Source: Thermoanaerobaculia bacterium (GTDB lineage Bacteria; Acidobacteriota; Thermoanaerobaculia; UBA5066; Gp7-AA6). Taken from it: 64,000 nt of DNA. A program made the position numbers and the translations under genes. Positions 40,399 to 50,736 of the stretch are shown one piece after another (position 1 is the stretch's first letter; every line of letters begins with the position of its first letter). Below the pieces are notes generated by a model. That model saw only the letters and a list, made by a program, of their open reading frames with translations. It was not told the DNA's origin and did not search any database. The stretch covers positions 9,119-73,118 of the forward strand of contig JAYRMU010000019.1 of assembly GCA_041912555.1 (NCBI GenBank), written 5' to 3'.

Positions 40399-42066
40399 AT
40401 GAGCACACGGAAAGCGGGCGGCCGGGACGTCGTCCTCGTCGCGAGCGGCGATTCGCGGATCACGGCCAACCAGCGCTGCTGGCCGGCGCAGGAGGCCCTG
40501 GAGAAGGCGGTCACGGGAGCGTTCGCCGACCTCGGCGCGCGCGTGACGCGCGGCCACCCCTACGACCCGGTCAAGAAGCACGGCTTCATCGACGGGCAGG
40601 CGAAGGGCATCGCCCTCTTCCGCCACATCGACCAGGACGCGCCGCTGATCGTCGCCGAGGCCGTCTGGGAATACACGAGCCACATCCTCGCGGGCCTGAC
40701 GAAGCACCGCGGGCCGATCCTCACGCTCGCCAACTGGAGCGGGGAATGGCCGGGGCTCGTCGGCATGCTCAACGTCAACGCCTCGATGACGAAGGCGGGA
40801 ATCCCGTACAGCTCGATCTGGAGCGAGAACTTCCAGGACGGCTTCGCGCGGGGAGGCATCCGGCAGTGGCTCGAGAAGGGCGCGATCGAGCACGACCGCA
40901 GCCACGCCCGGGCCGTCGACGACCGCACGTTCGGGGCGCCGCTCGAGGCGGACCGGGTGCGGGGGTTCGAGCTCGGCGAGGCCCTGCGGCGCGACCAGGC
41001 GATCCTCGGCGTCTTCGACGAGGGCTGCATGGGGATGTACAACGCGATCGTTCCGGACGAGCTGCTCCACGCGCTCGGCCTCTTCAAGGAGCGGCTGTCC
41101 CAGTCCATGCTCTACGCCGCGATGCGCGACGTGTCCGACGCGACCGCGCACGAGCACTACGAGTGGCTCCGGCGGCGCGGCATGCGGTTCGCGCTCGGGC
41201 GCGACGAGGCGAGCGAGCTGACGGAGGGACAGGTCCTCGAAGGCCTGAAGATGTACGACGCCGCGGTGCGCATGGCCTCCGATTTCGGGTGCGCCGCGAT
41301 CGGCATCCAGTACCAGCAGGGCCTGAAGGACACGTGCGTCGCCTCGGACCTCGCCGAGGGGCTCCTCAACAACCCCGACCGGCCGCCCGTGCGCGGAGCG
41401 GAGGGGGGCGTCCTGTTCGACGGCCTCGCGGTGCCGCACTTCAACGAGGTGGACGAGTGCGCCGGCGTGGACGCCCTGCTGACCAACCGCGTGTGGACGG
41501 ACCTCGGGATCGACCCGTCGACGACGCTGCACGACGTGCGCTGGGGCGCCCCCGTCCGGGAGAACGGCGTGGACGCCTACGTGTGGGTCTTCGAGATCTC
41601 CGGGGCCGCGCCCGCGAGCCACTTCATCGGCGGCTACGGCGGGGCGCGCGGCGAGCGGCAGCCCCCGATGTACTTCCCGAAGGGCGGCTCGACGCTGAAG
41701 GGCGTCTCGAAGCCCGGAGAGATCGTCTTCTCCCGCATCTACGTCAAGGACCACGCGCTCCACATGGACATCGGGCGCGGCGGCGTCGTCAAGCTCTCGG
41801 ACGCGGAAACGGAACGGCGCTGGCAGGCGACGACGCCGCAGTGGCCGATCATGCACGCGGTGCTCTACGGGATCACCCGCGACCAGATGATGGCCAAGCA
41901 CATGGCCAACCACATCCAGGTCGCGTACGCCCCGGACGCCGCGACGGCGCGGCGGGCGCTCGTCCGCAAGGCCTCGATGGCGCGGGCCCTCGGGCTGCGC
42001 GTCAACCTGTGCGGCGACCTGGACGACTCGCTCGACGCGCACCAGGCCGCGAAATACCGCGCGTGA
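40399..42066 (+). CDS. L-fucose isomerase family protein, probable L-arabinose isomerase
   Basis: Has FucI-family N-terminal and catalytic domains. Sits between GH127 and ribulokinase. Confidence 0.6.
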   Translation: MSTRKAGGRDVVLVASGDSRITANQRCWPAQEALEKAVTGAFADLGARVTRGHPYDPVKKHGFIDGQAKGIALFRHIDQDAPLIVAEAVWEYTSHILAGLTKHRGPILTLANWSGEWPGLVGMLNVNASMTKAGIPYSSIWSENFQDGFARGGIRQWLEKGAIEHDRSHARAVDDRTFGAPLEADRVRGFELGEALRRDQAILGVFDEGCMGMYNAIVPDELLHALGLFKERLSQSMLYAAMRDVSDATAHEHYEWLRRRGMRFALGRDEASELTEGQVLEGLKMYDAAVRMASDFGCAAIGIQYQQGLKDTCVASDLAEGLLNNPDRPPVRGAEGGVLFDGLAVPHFNEVDECAGVDALLTNRVWTDLGIDPSTTLHDVRWGAPVRENGVDAYVWVFEISGAAPASHFIGGYGGARGERQPPMYFPKGGSTLKGVSKPGEIVFSRIYVKDHALHMDIGRGGVVKLSDAETERRWQATTPQWPIMHAVLYGITRDQMMAKHMANHIQVAYAPDAATARRALVRKASMARALGLRVNLCGDLDDSLDAHQAAKYRA

Positions 42067-43697
42067 GGCAAGCCGCCGAAGAGCCCTGCGCGCTCGGCCT
42101 CGACTTCGGGACCGCGTCGGTGCGGGCCCTGGTCGTCGAGACGCGCACCGGACAGGAGCGCGGGTCCGCCGTCGCCGACTACCGGCACGGCGTGATCGAC
42201 GCCGCGCTGCCCGGTTCGTCGGCGCGCCTTCCGGCCGACTGGGCGCTGCAGCATCCGGGCGACTACCTCGAGGCGATCGAGAGGGCCGTGCCGGCGGCGC
42301 TCGCCGCGGCCCGGGTCGGCCCGGCGGCGGTCGTCGGGATCGGCATCGATTTCACCTCCTGCACGATCCTGCCCGTCGGCGCGGACGGCGCGGCCCTCTG
42401 CCTCGATCCGAAGTGGGCCGCCCGGCCGCACGCCTGGGTCAAGCTGTGGAAGCACCACGCCGCGCAGCCCCAGGCCGACCGGATCAACGCCGTGGCCGCG
42501 GCGCGCCGCGAGGCGTTCCTCGCCGACTACGGCGGCAAGACCTCGTCGGAGTGGCTCTGCGCCAAGGCCCTCCAGGTCCTCGAGGAGGACGCCGAGGTCT
42601 TCGACGCCGCAGCCGCATTCGTCGAGGCGGGCGACTGGGTCGTCCGGGAGCTGACGGGCGTCCTCGTGCGCAACTCCTGCGGCGCGGGCTACAAGGGGTT
42701 CTGGAGCCGCGAGCGGGGCTTCCCGACGCGCGACTTCTTCGGCTCGCTCGACCCGCGCTTCGCCGCGCTCGCGGACAAGCTCGGCGGGGAGATCCTGCCG
42801 CCGGGCCGCGCCGTCGGGGGCCTGACTCCCGCGATGGCGCGCCGCCTCGGCCTGTCCGCGGGCACGGCCGTCGGCGCGGCGATCATCGACGCCCACAGCG
42901 CCGTTCCGGCCGCGACGGTCGTCGGGACCGGGCGCATGGTGATGGTGATCGGCACCTCGACCTGCCACATGCTCCTCGCCGACCGCCACGCGGCCGTCGA
43001 GGGCATCGGCGGCGTCGTGAAGGACGGGATCGTCGAGGGGTTCTACGGCTACGAGGCCGGCCAGCCCGCCGTCGGCGATCTCTTCGGCTGGTTCGCGAAG
43101 CTCGCGGGCTCGGGCGACTTCGGCGCGCTCGAGCGCGACGCGGCGGCGTGTCCGCCCGGCGGGCGGGGGCTCCTCGCGCTCGACTGGTGGAACGGGAACC
43201 GGTCCGTCCTGGTGGACGCGAACCTCTCCGGCCTGATCGTCGGGCTGACGCTCTCGACCACGGCCCCCGAGATCTACCGCGCGCTGATCGAGGCGACCGG
43301 CTACTCGACGCGGCGCATCCTCGAGGCCTTCGAGGCGCAGCGGATTCCCGTCACGGAGCTGATCGCGGTCGGCGGGCTCGCGGAGCGCAGTCCTCTCCTC
43401 CTCCAGGTCTACGCGGACATCACGCGCCGGCCCATCGCGCTCGCGGCGACCGCCAACGCCTCGGCGCTCGGGGCGGCGATGCTGGGGGCGGTCGCCGCCG
43501 GCGTCGAGCGCGGCGGCCACGCCTCGTTCGTCGGCGCGGCGCGCGCGATGGCTCACCTGAAGGCGGACACCGTCCGGCCGGATCCGGAGGCCGCGGCGGC
43601 CTACGATTCGCTCTACCGGGACTGGCTCGAGCTCCACGACCACTTCGGTCGCGGAGGCTCCGGCGTCATGGCGCGCCTGAGGCGGGGGAGAGGGTGA
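42063..43697 (+). CDS. araB: ribulokinase (FGGY carbohydrate kinase)
   Basis: N-terminal LGLDFGTASVRALVV, …IGIDFTSCT…, VIGTSTCHM and LDWWNGNRS, closely following the AraB pattern. GTG overlaps the upstream stop. Confidence 0.8.
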   Translation: MRQAAEEPCALGLDFGTASVRALVVETRTGQERGSAVADYRHGVIDAALPGSSARLPADWALQHPGDYLEAIERAVPAALAAARVGPAAVVGIGIDFTSCTILPVGADGAALCLDPKWAARPHAWVKLWKHHAAQPQADRINAVAAARREAFLADYGGKTSSEWLCAKALQVLEEDAEVFDAAAAFVEAGDWVVRELTGVLVRNSCGAGYKGFWSRERGFPTRDFFGSLDPRFAALADKLGGEILPPGRAVGGLTPAMARRLGLSAGTAVGAAIIDAHSAVPAATVVGTGRMVMVIGTSTCHMLLADRHAAVEGIGGVVKDGIVEGFYGYEAGQPAVGDLFGWFAKLAGSGDFGALERDAAACPPGGRGLLALDWWNGNRSVLVDANLSGLIVGLTLSTTAPEIYRALIEATGYSTRRILEAFEAQRIPVTELIAVGGLAERSPLLLQVYADITRRPIALAATANASALGAAMLGAVAAGVERGGHASFVGAARAMAHLKADTVRPDPEAAAAYDSLYRDWLELHDHFGRGGSGVMARLRRGRG

Positions 43698-46240
43698 GCG
43701 GCGCCGGCGAGGACGCCCCCCTCGTCGAGGCCCGGGGCGTCTCGATGCAGTTTCCCGGCGTGCGCGCGCTCGACGGCGTGGACTTCGACGTGCGGCCGGG
43801 CGAGATCCACGCGCTCATCGGCGAGAACGGCGCCGGCAAGTCCACGCTCGTGAGGATCCTCGCGGGCGAGATCTCGGGCTACGGCGGCGAGGTCTTCCGC
43901 GACGGGCAGGCGCGCCGGCTCGCGGACCCCCGCGAGGCGATCGCGGGCGGCATCGCCGTCATTCCCCAGGAGCTTCAGCTCGTCTCGAGCCTGTCGGCGG
44001 CGGAGAACATCTTCCTCGGGCGCGAGCCGCGCACGCCCCTCGGCCTGGTGGACGGGCGCGCGCTGGCGGCCCGCTCGGCGGAGGAGCTCGCGGCCCTCGG
44101 CGAGACGCACGTGCCCCCGGGCGAGATCGTGGAGCACCTCGAGGCGGGCCAGCGCCAGCTCGTGGCCATCGCGCGCGCCCTGTCGCTCGAGGCGCGCCTG
44201 ATCATCATGGACGAGCCGACGACTTCGCTCGGCAACGAAGAGGCCGCGCGCCTCGAGCGCCTCGTGCGGCGCCTGTCCGAGCGCGGCGTCGCGATCGTGT
44301 ACATCTCGCACCGCCTCGACGAAGTGCGGCGGCTCGCCCACCGGGTGACCGTCCTGCGCGACGGGCGGCGGATCACGACCCGCGACGCCGCGGGCCTCGA
44401 CGAGGCGGAGATGGTGCGCCTGATGGTCGGTCGCGAGATCCCGAACGTCGAGCTCGCCCCGCTGCCGGCCGGGTCGCCGGAAGTCCTGCACGTCCAGGGC
44501 CTCTCCGTCGCCGACCCGGAGCGCCCGGGCGGGTTCCGCGTCCGCGACGTGTCCCTCTCGGTCCGGCGCGGGGAGATCGTCGGGCTCGCGGGCCTGGTCG
44601 GCGCGGGACGCACGGACTTTCTCCTCGCGCTGACGGGGGCCCTCGAGGCCGAGGTGTCGGGGCGGGTGCGCGTCGGCGGGAGCGACTATCGGCCGACCGA
44701 TCCGGCCGCCGCGCGCGAGGCGGGGCTGGTTCTCCTTCCGGAGGAGCGCAAGTCGCAGGCGATCTTCCCGGGCATGGGGGTCGGCGAGAACGTGACGGTG
44801 GGCGCCCTCGAGAAGGTCAGCCGGATGGGCTGGATCGACGCGCCGCGCGCCCGGGAGGCCGCGGCCCGCGGAATGCGGGACACGGGCGTGCGCGCCGCGT
44901 CGGCGTCCACGCCGATCGCGACGCTGTCGGGCGGCAACCAGCAGAAGGCCGTGCTCGCGCGCTGCCTCTTCGCGTCGCCCTCGGTGCTCCTGCTCGACGA
45001 GCCGACGCGCGGCATCGACCTGGCGGCCCGGGCCGAGATCTACGCGCTCCTGCGCCGCCTCTCCGCCGAGGGCTTCGGGATCGTCCTGTGCTCCTCCGAG
45101 ATGTCGGAGATCCTGACGCAGTGCCACCGCGTCGTCGTGTTCCGCGAGGGACGCGTCACGGCGGAGCTCTCCCGCGAAGAGGCGACCGAGGAGCGCGTGC
45201 TCGCGGCGGCGTCGGGCGCCGCGTCGGGCGCCCGGGAGGAAGCGGCGCAGCGGCCCGGAGATGGCCCGCCCCCTTCGCCGCCGCGCGGCGCGCGCCTGGC
45301 CCGGTTCAAGAGCATCCTCGGTCTCGCGGCGGTGCTGCTGCTGTCCATCGTCTTCTCGCCCGTCCGGGGCGGCCGACCGGTGTTCCTCGGGATCGGCAAC
45401 CTGACGGACATCCTCCGGCAGGTCGCGGAGAAGGGGATCCTCGCGGTCGGGATGACGGCCGTCGTCGTCTCGGGCGGCATCGACCTCTCGGTGGGCTCGG
45501 TGCTCGCGCTCGCGGCGACGCTGACGGCGTGGTTCCTCATGAAGGGTGGGCTGTCGCTGGCGGCCGCGGCGCTCGCCGTGCTCTTCATCGGCGCCCTGTG
45601 GGGGGCGGTCAACGGCTTCGTCGTCGCGCGCTGGCGGCTCCAGCCGTTCATCGCGACGCTCGCGACGATGAGCGCCGCCCGGGGCGTGGCGCGGTACGTC
45701 AGCGGCGGCGCCGCCATCCCGCTCGGCTTCGGGCCGGGGGGCGCGCCCGAATCCATGCACGCGATCGCGGGCGTCGTGCTGCCCTACGTGCCCGTGCCCG
45801 CCGTCCTCTTCGTCGCGTCGGTCGTCGCGATGCACCTCTATCTCGCGCGCACGCGGGCCGGCCGGTACCTCTACGCGATCGGCGACAACGAGACCGCGGC
45901 GCGCCTGTCGGGCATCCGGGTCGGCTGGCACAAGGCGTCGGTGTACGTGATCGCGGCGACCCTCGCGGCGCTGGCCGGGATCGTCCACTGCGCCCAGCTC
46001 GAACAGGGCAATCCCAGCGACGGCGTCGCGTACGAGCTCGACGCGATCGCCGCGGTCGTCATCGGCGGAACGAGCCTCTCGGGCGGAACCGGAACGGTCG
46101 GCGGCACGCTCGTCGGCGTGCTGATCATCGGAGTCCTCAACAACATCATGGGGTTGAACAATGTCGACGCGAACCTGCAGCTCATCCTCAAGGGCGTCAT
46201 CATCCTCGGCGCGGTCTGGCTCCAGCGGCGCAAGCGCTGA
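43694..46240 (+). CDS. sugar ABC transporter, fused tandem-ATPase (RbsA-like) and permease (RbsC-like) domains
   Basis: Two Walker A / LSGGQQ / Walker B sets followed, in frame and without a stop, by a ~330-aa permease (…AIGDNETAARLSGI…). GTG overlaps the araB stop. Confidence 0.7.
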   Translation: MSGAGEDAPLVEARGVSMQFPGVRALDGVDFDVRPGEIHALIGENGAGKSTLVRILAGEISGYGGEVFRDGQARRLADPREAIAGGIAVIPQELQLVSSLSAAENIFLGREPRTPLGLVDGRALAARSAEELAALGETHVPPGEIVEHLEAGQRQLVAIARALSLEARLIIMDEPTTSLGNEEAARLERLVRRLSERGVAIVYISHRLDEVRRLAHRVTVLRDGRRITTRDAAGLDEAEMVRLMVGREIPNVELAPLPAGSPEVLHVQGLSVADPERPGGFRVRDVSLSVRRGEIVGLAGLVGAGRTDFLLALTGALEAEVSGRVRVGGSDYRPTDPAAAREAGLVLLPEERKSQAIFPGMGVGENVTVGALEKVSRMGWIDAPRAREAAARGMRDTGVRAASASTPIATLSGGNQQKAVLARCLFASPSVLLLDEPTRGIDLAARAEIYALLRRLSAEGFGIVLCSSEMSEILTQCHRVVVFREGRVTAELSREEATEERVLAAASGAASGAREEAAQRPGDGPPPSPPRGARLARFKSILGLAAVLLLSIVFSPVRGGRPVFLGIGNLTDILRQVAEKGILAVGMTAVVVSGGIDLSVGSVLALAATLTAWFLMKGGLSLAAAALAVLFIGALWGAVNGFVVARWRLQPFIATLATMSAARGVARYVSGGAAIPLGFGPGGAPESMHAIAGVVLPYVPVPAVLFVASVVAMHLYLARTRAGRYLYAIGDNETAARLSGIRVGWHKASVYVIAATLAALAGIVHCAQLEQGNPSDGVAYELDAIAAVVIGGTSLSGGTGTVGGTLVGVLIIGVLNNIMGLNNVDANLQLILKGVIILGAVWLQRRKR

Positions 46241-46244
46241 GGGG

Positions 46245-47183
46245 ATGCGCCGGCTCCTCGCCCTCGGTGCCGCCGCCGCGCTCGCCGCGGCCGCCCTCCT
46301 CCCGGCGGCGGGGTGCGGCAAGGCGAAGGCGGGAAAGCACCTGATCGGTTTCTCGCAGTGCAACCTCGGCGAGCCGTGGCGCGTGGCCATGAACGCCGAG
46401 GTCGCGGCGCGCGCGAAGGACTTCCCGGACCTCGAGGTCGCCTTCGCCGACGCGCAGCAGGACAACGCGCGCCAGGTGGCCGACGTCGAGAACTTCCTGC
46501 GCCAGAAGATCGACCTGCTCATGATCTCGCCCAACGAGGCCAGGCCCCTGACGCCCATCGTGCGCAAGGCGTTCGAGCAGGGGATCCCCGTCATCGTGCT
46601 CGACCGGGCGATCGAGGGCGACACGTACACGGTCTTCATCGGCGCCGACAACCGCGAGATCGGAAAGGCCGCCGGCAAGTACATCGCCGATCTCCTGCAG
46701 GGCAAGGGCCAGGTCGTCGAGATCAAGGGACTGCCGGGCTCTCCGCCGGCCCGCGACCGGAGCGAGGGCTTCCGCGAGGCGATCGCGCCCTTCCCGGGCA
46801 TTCAGATCGTCCACGACCCGGTGGCCAACTGGCTGCGCGAGGAGGCGATGGCCCAGATGGAGTCGGCCCTCGCGGCGCACGACCACATCGACCTCGTCTA
46901 CGCGCACAACGATCCCATGGCGATGGGCGCCTACCTCGCCGCCAAGGCCAAGGGGCGGGACGGCGAGATGAAGTTCATCGGCATCGACGGCCTGCCCGGC
47001 CTCGACGGAGGCCGCCAGATGGTCGCCGACGGCAAGCTCGCCGCGACGTTCGTCTACCCGACGGGCGGCCGCGAGGCCGTGGATGCCGCGGTCCGCATCT
47101 TCGCGGGGGAGAAGGTCCCGCACAAGATCGTGCTGCCGACGCTCATGATCACGAAGGAGAACGCCGGCCCGCCGGCGAAATGA
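46245..47183 (+). CDS. sugar ABC transporter periplasmic substrate-binding lipoprotein (RbsB-like)
   Basis: Lipobox AAGC. Periplasmic-binding type I fold motifs. Confidence 0.75.
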   Translation: MRRLLALGAAAALAAAALLPAAGCGKAKAGKHLIGFSQCNLGEPWRVAMNAEVAARAKDFPDLEVAFADAQQDNARQVADVENFLRQKIDLLMISPNEARPLTPIVRKAFEQGIPVIVLDRAIEGDTYTVFIGADNREIGKAAGKYIADLLQGKGQVVEIKGLPGSPPARDRSEGFREAIAPFPGIQIVHDPVANWLREEAMAQMESALAAHDHIDLVYAHNDPMAMGAYLAAKAKGRDGEMKFIGIDGLPGLDGGRQMVADGKLAATFVYPTGGREAVDAAVRIFAGEKVPHKIVLPTLMITKENAGPPAK

Positions 47184-47252
47184 GCCGGCCCCGGCGCCCC
47201 CCGGCGGCTCGGCTTGACGGGATTGGCCGTCTCCGATAAGGTGCGCCCTCTG

Positions 47253-47310
<58 letters not shown>

Positions 47311-47330
<20 letters not shown>

Positions 47331-47556
47331 AGTCCTTGATCGCCGGGAGGCAACTCCCGGCGTTGTCATTTCTAGACCACCTCGGGGTAGGATTTGAACC
47401 TACGAACCCGCCGCACCAGCGGCGGGTAGGTTCGGGCGACGAGCGCGGCCGCAGGCCGCATCGGCGCCAACGCCGGGCGAAGCCCGGCGGTAAATCCTAC
47501 CCCCGCAACCAAGATCCTTTAGCGCCGGGGGGCAACTCCCGGCGTTGTCATTTCTA
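47311..47556 (+). repeat. direct repeat of tRNA-fMet 3' end + terminator (copy 1 47311-47374, copy 2 47492-47556) flanking a ~115-bp insert that contains an inverted tRNA T-arm/acceptor fragment (47384-47413)
   Basis: Read directly from the sequence. The copies are ~90% identical with a small indel. Confidence 0.8.
47341..47373 (+). terminator. rho-independent terminator after tRNA-fMet (cgccgggag-gcaac-tcccggcg + ttgtcatttct)
   Basis: GC-rich hairpin followed by a T-rich tract. Confidence 0.6.
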
Positions 47557-47645
47557 CGGGAAGGCCGCAGGGGCTCGGGCGAAAGGGGGCCGATTTCAGG
47601 ATCGACGCACTGCGGGCCCAGCTCCAAAGCCATCCGAACCCAGCG

Positions 47646-48137
47646 TCAGCCGTACGTGAGATCGGTGCTCTGGCCGACCTCGATGATGTAGCCGTCCGGA
47701 TCGCGTATGTAGCAGCGAATCTCGCCGTACTTGGGTATGGGCGCGGTGATGAACTCGGCTCCTCGACTTTTCCATAATTCGTAGCAGACGTGAATATCCG
47801 CCACGCGCATGTTCAGAAAGCTGTTGATCCTATTTGGGTCTGGGACGCTGAGCGTCACCGTCGGCTTGTCGGGAGTAGGACCGCCTCCGACGTTGAGAAT
47901 CATCCAGATATTCGCAAGCTGAAGGTAGGCGGGTGCGTTGCCGTCACCCATGCTGAGAATGCGGGCGCCGAAGACTTTCTCGTACCAGTGAGCCGATCGG
48001 TTGATGTCGGCGACGGTGAGAAAATGCGCGATGCTGACGCCATCCTTGGGGGGCATCTCATAGGTCTTGTGTTCGACTTGTACGCCGTTCGTTCTTTCGC
48101 TGCCCGTCCTTACGCCGGTGACTCTTGCGTCGCTCAT
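47646..48137 (-). CDS. VOC (glyoxalase/bleomycin-resistance) family protein
   Basis: VOC-type beta-alpha-beta-beta-beta pattern. Lower GC than its surroundings. Confidence 0.55.
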   Translation of the reverse strand: MSDARVTGVRTGSERTNGVQVEHKTYEMPPKDGVSIAHFLTVADINRSAHWYEKVFGARILSMGDGNAPAYLQLANIWMILNVGGGPTPDKPTVTLSVPDPNRINSFLNMRVADIHVCYELWKSRGAEFITAPIPKYGEIRCYIRDPDGYIIEVGQSTDLTYG

Positions 48138-48183
48138 GGTCTCCTCCAGTTCCGATCCATAAGCAGTATTTCCAGCTCGACCG

Positions 48184-48789
48184 TTACCGGGCCCCGCATG
48201 ACTCCATGAATCCCCGCGTCAACTCGGCAATCTTATCGGCCGCAGTGTCGAGTGCGAAGTGGCCGCCGTCGACGATATGGACTTCCGCGTTCGGAACGTC
48301 CCTGCGGTAGCTCTCCGGTTCGCTCGCGTCAAACGAGGATTCGTACTTTCCCCAGATCACCAGCAGCCGGGGTTGCTGTTCCTGCATCCAGGCCTGCCAC
48401 TTCGGATAAGACTCGACATTGGTTCGGTAGTCGTAGAAAAGATCGCTCTGGATCTCAGCCTGGCCCGGCCGACTCAGAAAGTAGAACTCGTCAGTCCAGA
48501 GGTCGGGATCGTGGCGCTCTACATCGGGATCATCTCCGACGTGTCGCGCGCGCGTCGTCTCGAGCGAAAAGAGACTGGTGCGCAATGTACTCTCGTTGGC
48601 AGCGCGATCGGCCCAGAACGCACGTCGCGTCTTCCAGTTGGCCCCCAGACCTTCGTTGTGCGCGACGGCGTCCTGGACGATGAGGGCTTCGAGGCGTTCC
48701 GGATGCGCTTTGCAAAACGATCCTCTGCCGGTGAATGTTACGGAAGCCTCGCCCTCGCGTCGTCTCAGATCGCTCGCTCGGATCAACAT
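48184..48789 (-). pseudogene. 5'-truncated paralogue of the alpha/beta hydrolase at 58113-59090
   Basis: The last ~170 aa are ~85% identical to the C-terminus of the 58113-59090 product. The N-terminal 30 aa are unrelated, and the oxyanion and nucleophile motifs are missing. Confidence 0.6.
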
Positions 48790-49184
48790 GCTCGTCGGGC
48801 CTGGGAACGCGGCTCGAGCGGGACGTCGCCTTCAGGGTGCGGCCGGAAAATCAAATTACTGCGTCCGCCTGCCTCCGATGAGCAGCACTCCCTGCCCCTA
48901 GCTGTCGCCCCTCCCCGACGTTGTGTCCCCCAGATCCAGCATGGACACGACACGGACATTCGAGTGCAAAGCGAGCGGATGTCAGGCCTTGTCACTCGAG
49001 GTCGGTGTAACGCCGGCCGGGGGCTGACGGTCAACCCCTGCAATCACTTCCTCTCTCGCGCCGGGACCGAATCTCGGGCGCCCCGAAAAGCCTGTCAGGG
49101 GGGCAAAAGGAATCGTCCCCCCGTGGCCGGACTCTTGCAATGGGAGGAAACGGCCTCAGATTCGGCCCGAAAGGACACTCAAGA

Positions 49185-49637
49185 ATGGAAGCCACGACCC
49201 TTCTCATCAAGGATCACGAGACCGTCAAGAAGCTCTTCGAGCAGTTCGACGCCGCGGGCGACACCGCGTTCAAGGCGAAGAAGGACCTCTTCGATGCGAT
49301 CAAGACCGAGCTCCTGATCCACATGGACATCGAAGAGACCATCTTCTATCCGAGCGTCAAGGCGGAGCCCTCCGAGGAGCTCAAGGACGAGATCCGCGAG
49401 GCCGACGAGGAACATCACGTCGCGAAGCTGCTGATCGCGGAGATCTCGGGCATGAAGCCGGAGGACGAGGAGTACGACGCGAAGGTCACGGTGCTCAAGG
49501 AGAACATCGAGCACCACGTCCGGGAAGAAGAGGGTGAGCTCTTTCCGAAGACCAGGAAGCGCCTGGGCCGGGAGCGCCTGGAAGAGCTCGGCGAGGAAAT
49601 GGAAGAGCGGAAAGAAGAGATCGAAGCGAAGGCATAG
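49185..49637 (+). CDS. hemerythrin HHE cation-binding domain protein
   Basis: Has H…HxxxE…H…HxxxE spacing (HETVKKLFEQF…HMDIEE…HHVAKLL…HHVREEE). Confidence 0.6.
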   Translation: MEATTLLIKDHETVKKLFEQFDAAGDTAFKAKKDLFDAIKTELLIHMDIEETIFYPSVKAEPSEELKDEIREADEEHHVAKLLIAEISGMKPEDEEYDAKVTVLKENIEHHVREEEGELFPKTRKRLGRERLEELGEEMEERKEEIEAKA

Positions 49638-49693
49638 AAATTCACAGTCCGGGCCGCCGTGCCCGGACGAACACGAAAGGTGAAAAGAGCTCC

Positions 49694-50548
49694 ATGATCG
49701 ACAATGTCGTCGGGATTCCAACTGCGACGAGGGCCGAGCCCCTCGACGCGACCAGCAGCGGTCTTTCCTGGCCGGCCATCCTGGCCGGCGCCTCCGTAGC
49801 GGCCGCGATGTGGTTCAGCCTCATGGCTCTGGGAGCCGGAATGGGCCTTTCGTCGGTGTCGCCGTGGCCGCTCTCCGGCGCGTCGGCGCGCGAAGCGGCT
49901 CCGGGGGCGATCGTCTGGATCATGATCGTCCAGGCGCTTTCCTGTTCGCTCGGCGGGTACCTCGCGGGCAGGCTGCGGAGCCGGTGGGCGTCGCTGCACA
50001 GGCACGAAGTCCACTTCCGCGACACCGCCCACGGGTTCCTGGTGTGGGCCGTGGGACTGGTCCTGTCGGTCGTCTTCCTGTCGTCGATGGGCGCGACGAT
50101 GGCGAAGGACGCGACGAGGGCCGCCGCGGAGAACGGCAACGACTACTTCGTGGATACCCTCTTCCGGGCCGAGCCGTCGGCCGCGGCGGGTATCGACTCC
50201 GCTCTCAAGAGTGAAGACCGGCAGGCCGTGAAGAAGGAAGCGGGCGCCATTCTCGCTCGCGCCCTGGGGCGGACCGAGATCGTTCCCCAGGACAAGGCCT
50301 ATCTCGCCGACATGGTCGCGGCCAACACGGGCCTCGATCGCGCGCGCGCCGAAGCGCGGGTGGCCGACACGCTCGCGGCGTCCCGCGAGGCGCTGGATTC
50401 GGCCCGCAAGGCCGTCGCGCACTCGCTGTACTGGCTGTTCGCGGCCCTGCTTCTCGGAGCTTTCTGCGGGAGCCTGGCCGCGACGATCGGGGGCCGGCAG
50501 CGGGACAACGTGGCTTACGCCGGCGCGAAGCCGGCAGGGAGAATCTGA
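49694..50548 (+). CDS. hypothetical membrane protein
   Basis: Multiple hydrophobic helices. No domain recognised. Confidence 0.45.
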   Translation: MIDNVVGIPTATRAEPLDATSSGLSWPAILAGASVAAAMWFSLMALGAGMGLSSVSPWPLSGASAREAAPGAIVWIMIVQALSCSLGGYLAGRLRSRWASLHRHEVHFRDTAHGFLVWAVGLVLSVVFLSSMGATMAKDATRAAAENGNDYFVDTLFRAEPSAAAGIDSALKSEDRQAVKKEAGAILARALGRTEIVPQDKAYLADMVAANTGLDRARAEARVADTLAASREALDSARKAVAHSLYWLFAALLLGAFCGSLAATIGGRQRDNVAYAGAKPAGRI

Positions 50549-50624
50549 TGCGATCCGTCATCCTGTACCTTCTCGGCGTTCCTCTGACTCTGGTCATTCT
50601 GATCGGCCTGGTCAGCCACTTCTG
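50547..50624 (+). CDS. 25-aa hydrophobic micro-protein (MRSVILYLLGVPLTLVILIGLVSHF)
   Basis: Its ATG overlaps the upstream stop (TGATG). It has a single predicted TM helix. Too short for the ORF track. Confidence 0.35.
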
Positions 50625-50736
50625 AGGATTTCCGGGCTTCCGGGACGCCCCCGGAGGGCGTGGATAATGTCGGGCACCGCCGGGTCGGAATTCCGAGCCC
50701 GGCTCCGACCCCCCGGGGAATGCGAAGGAGGCATCC

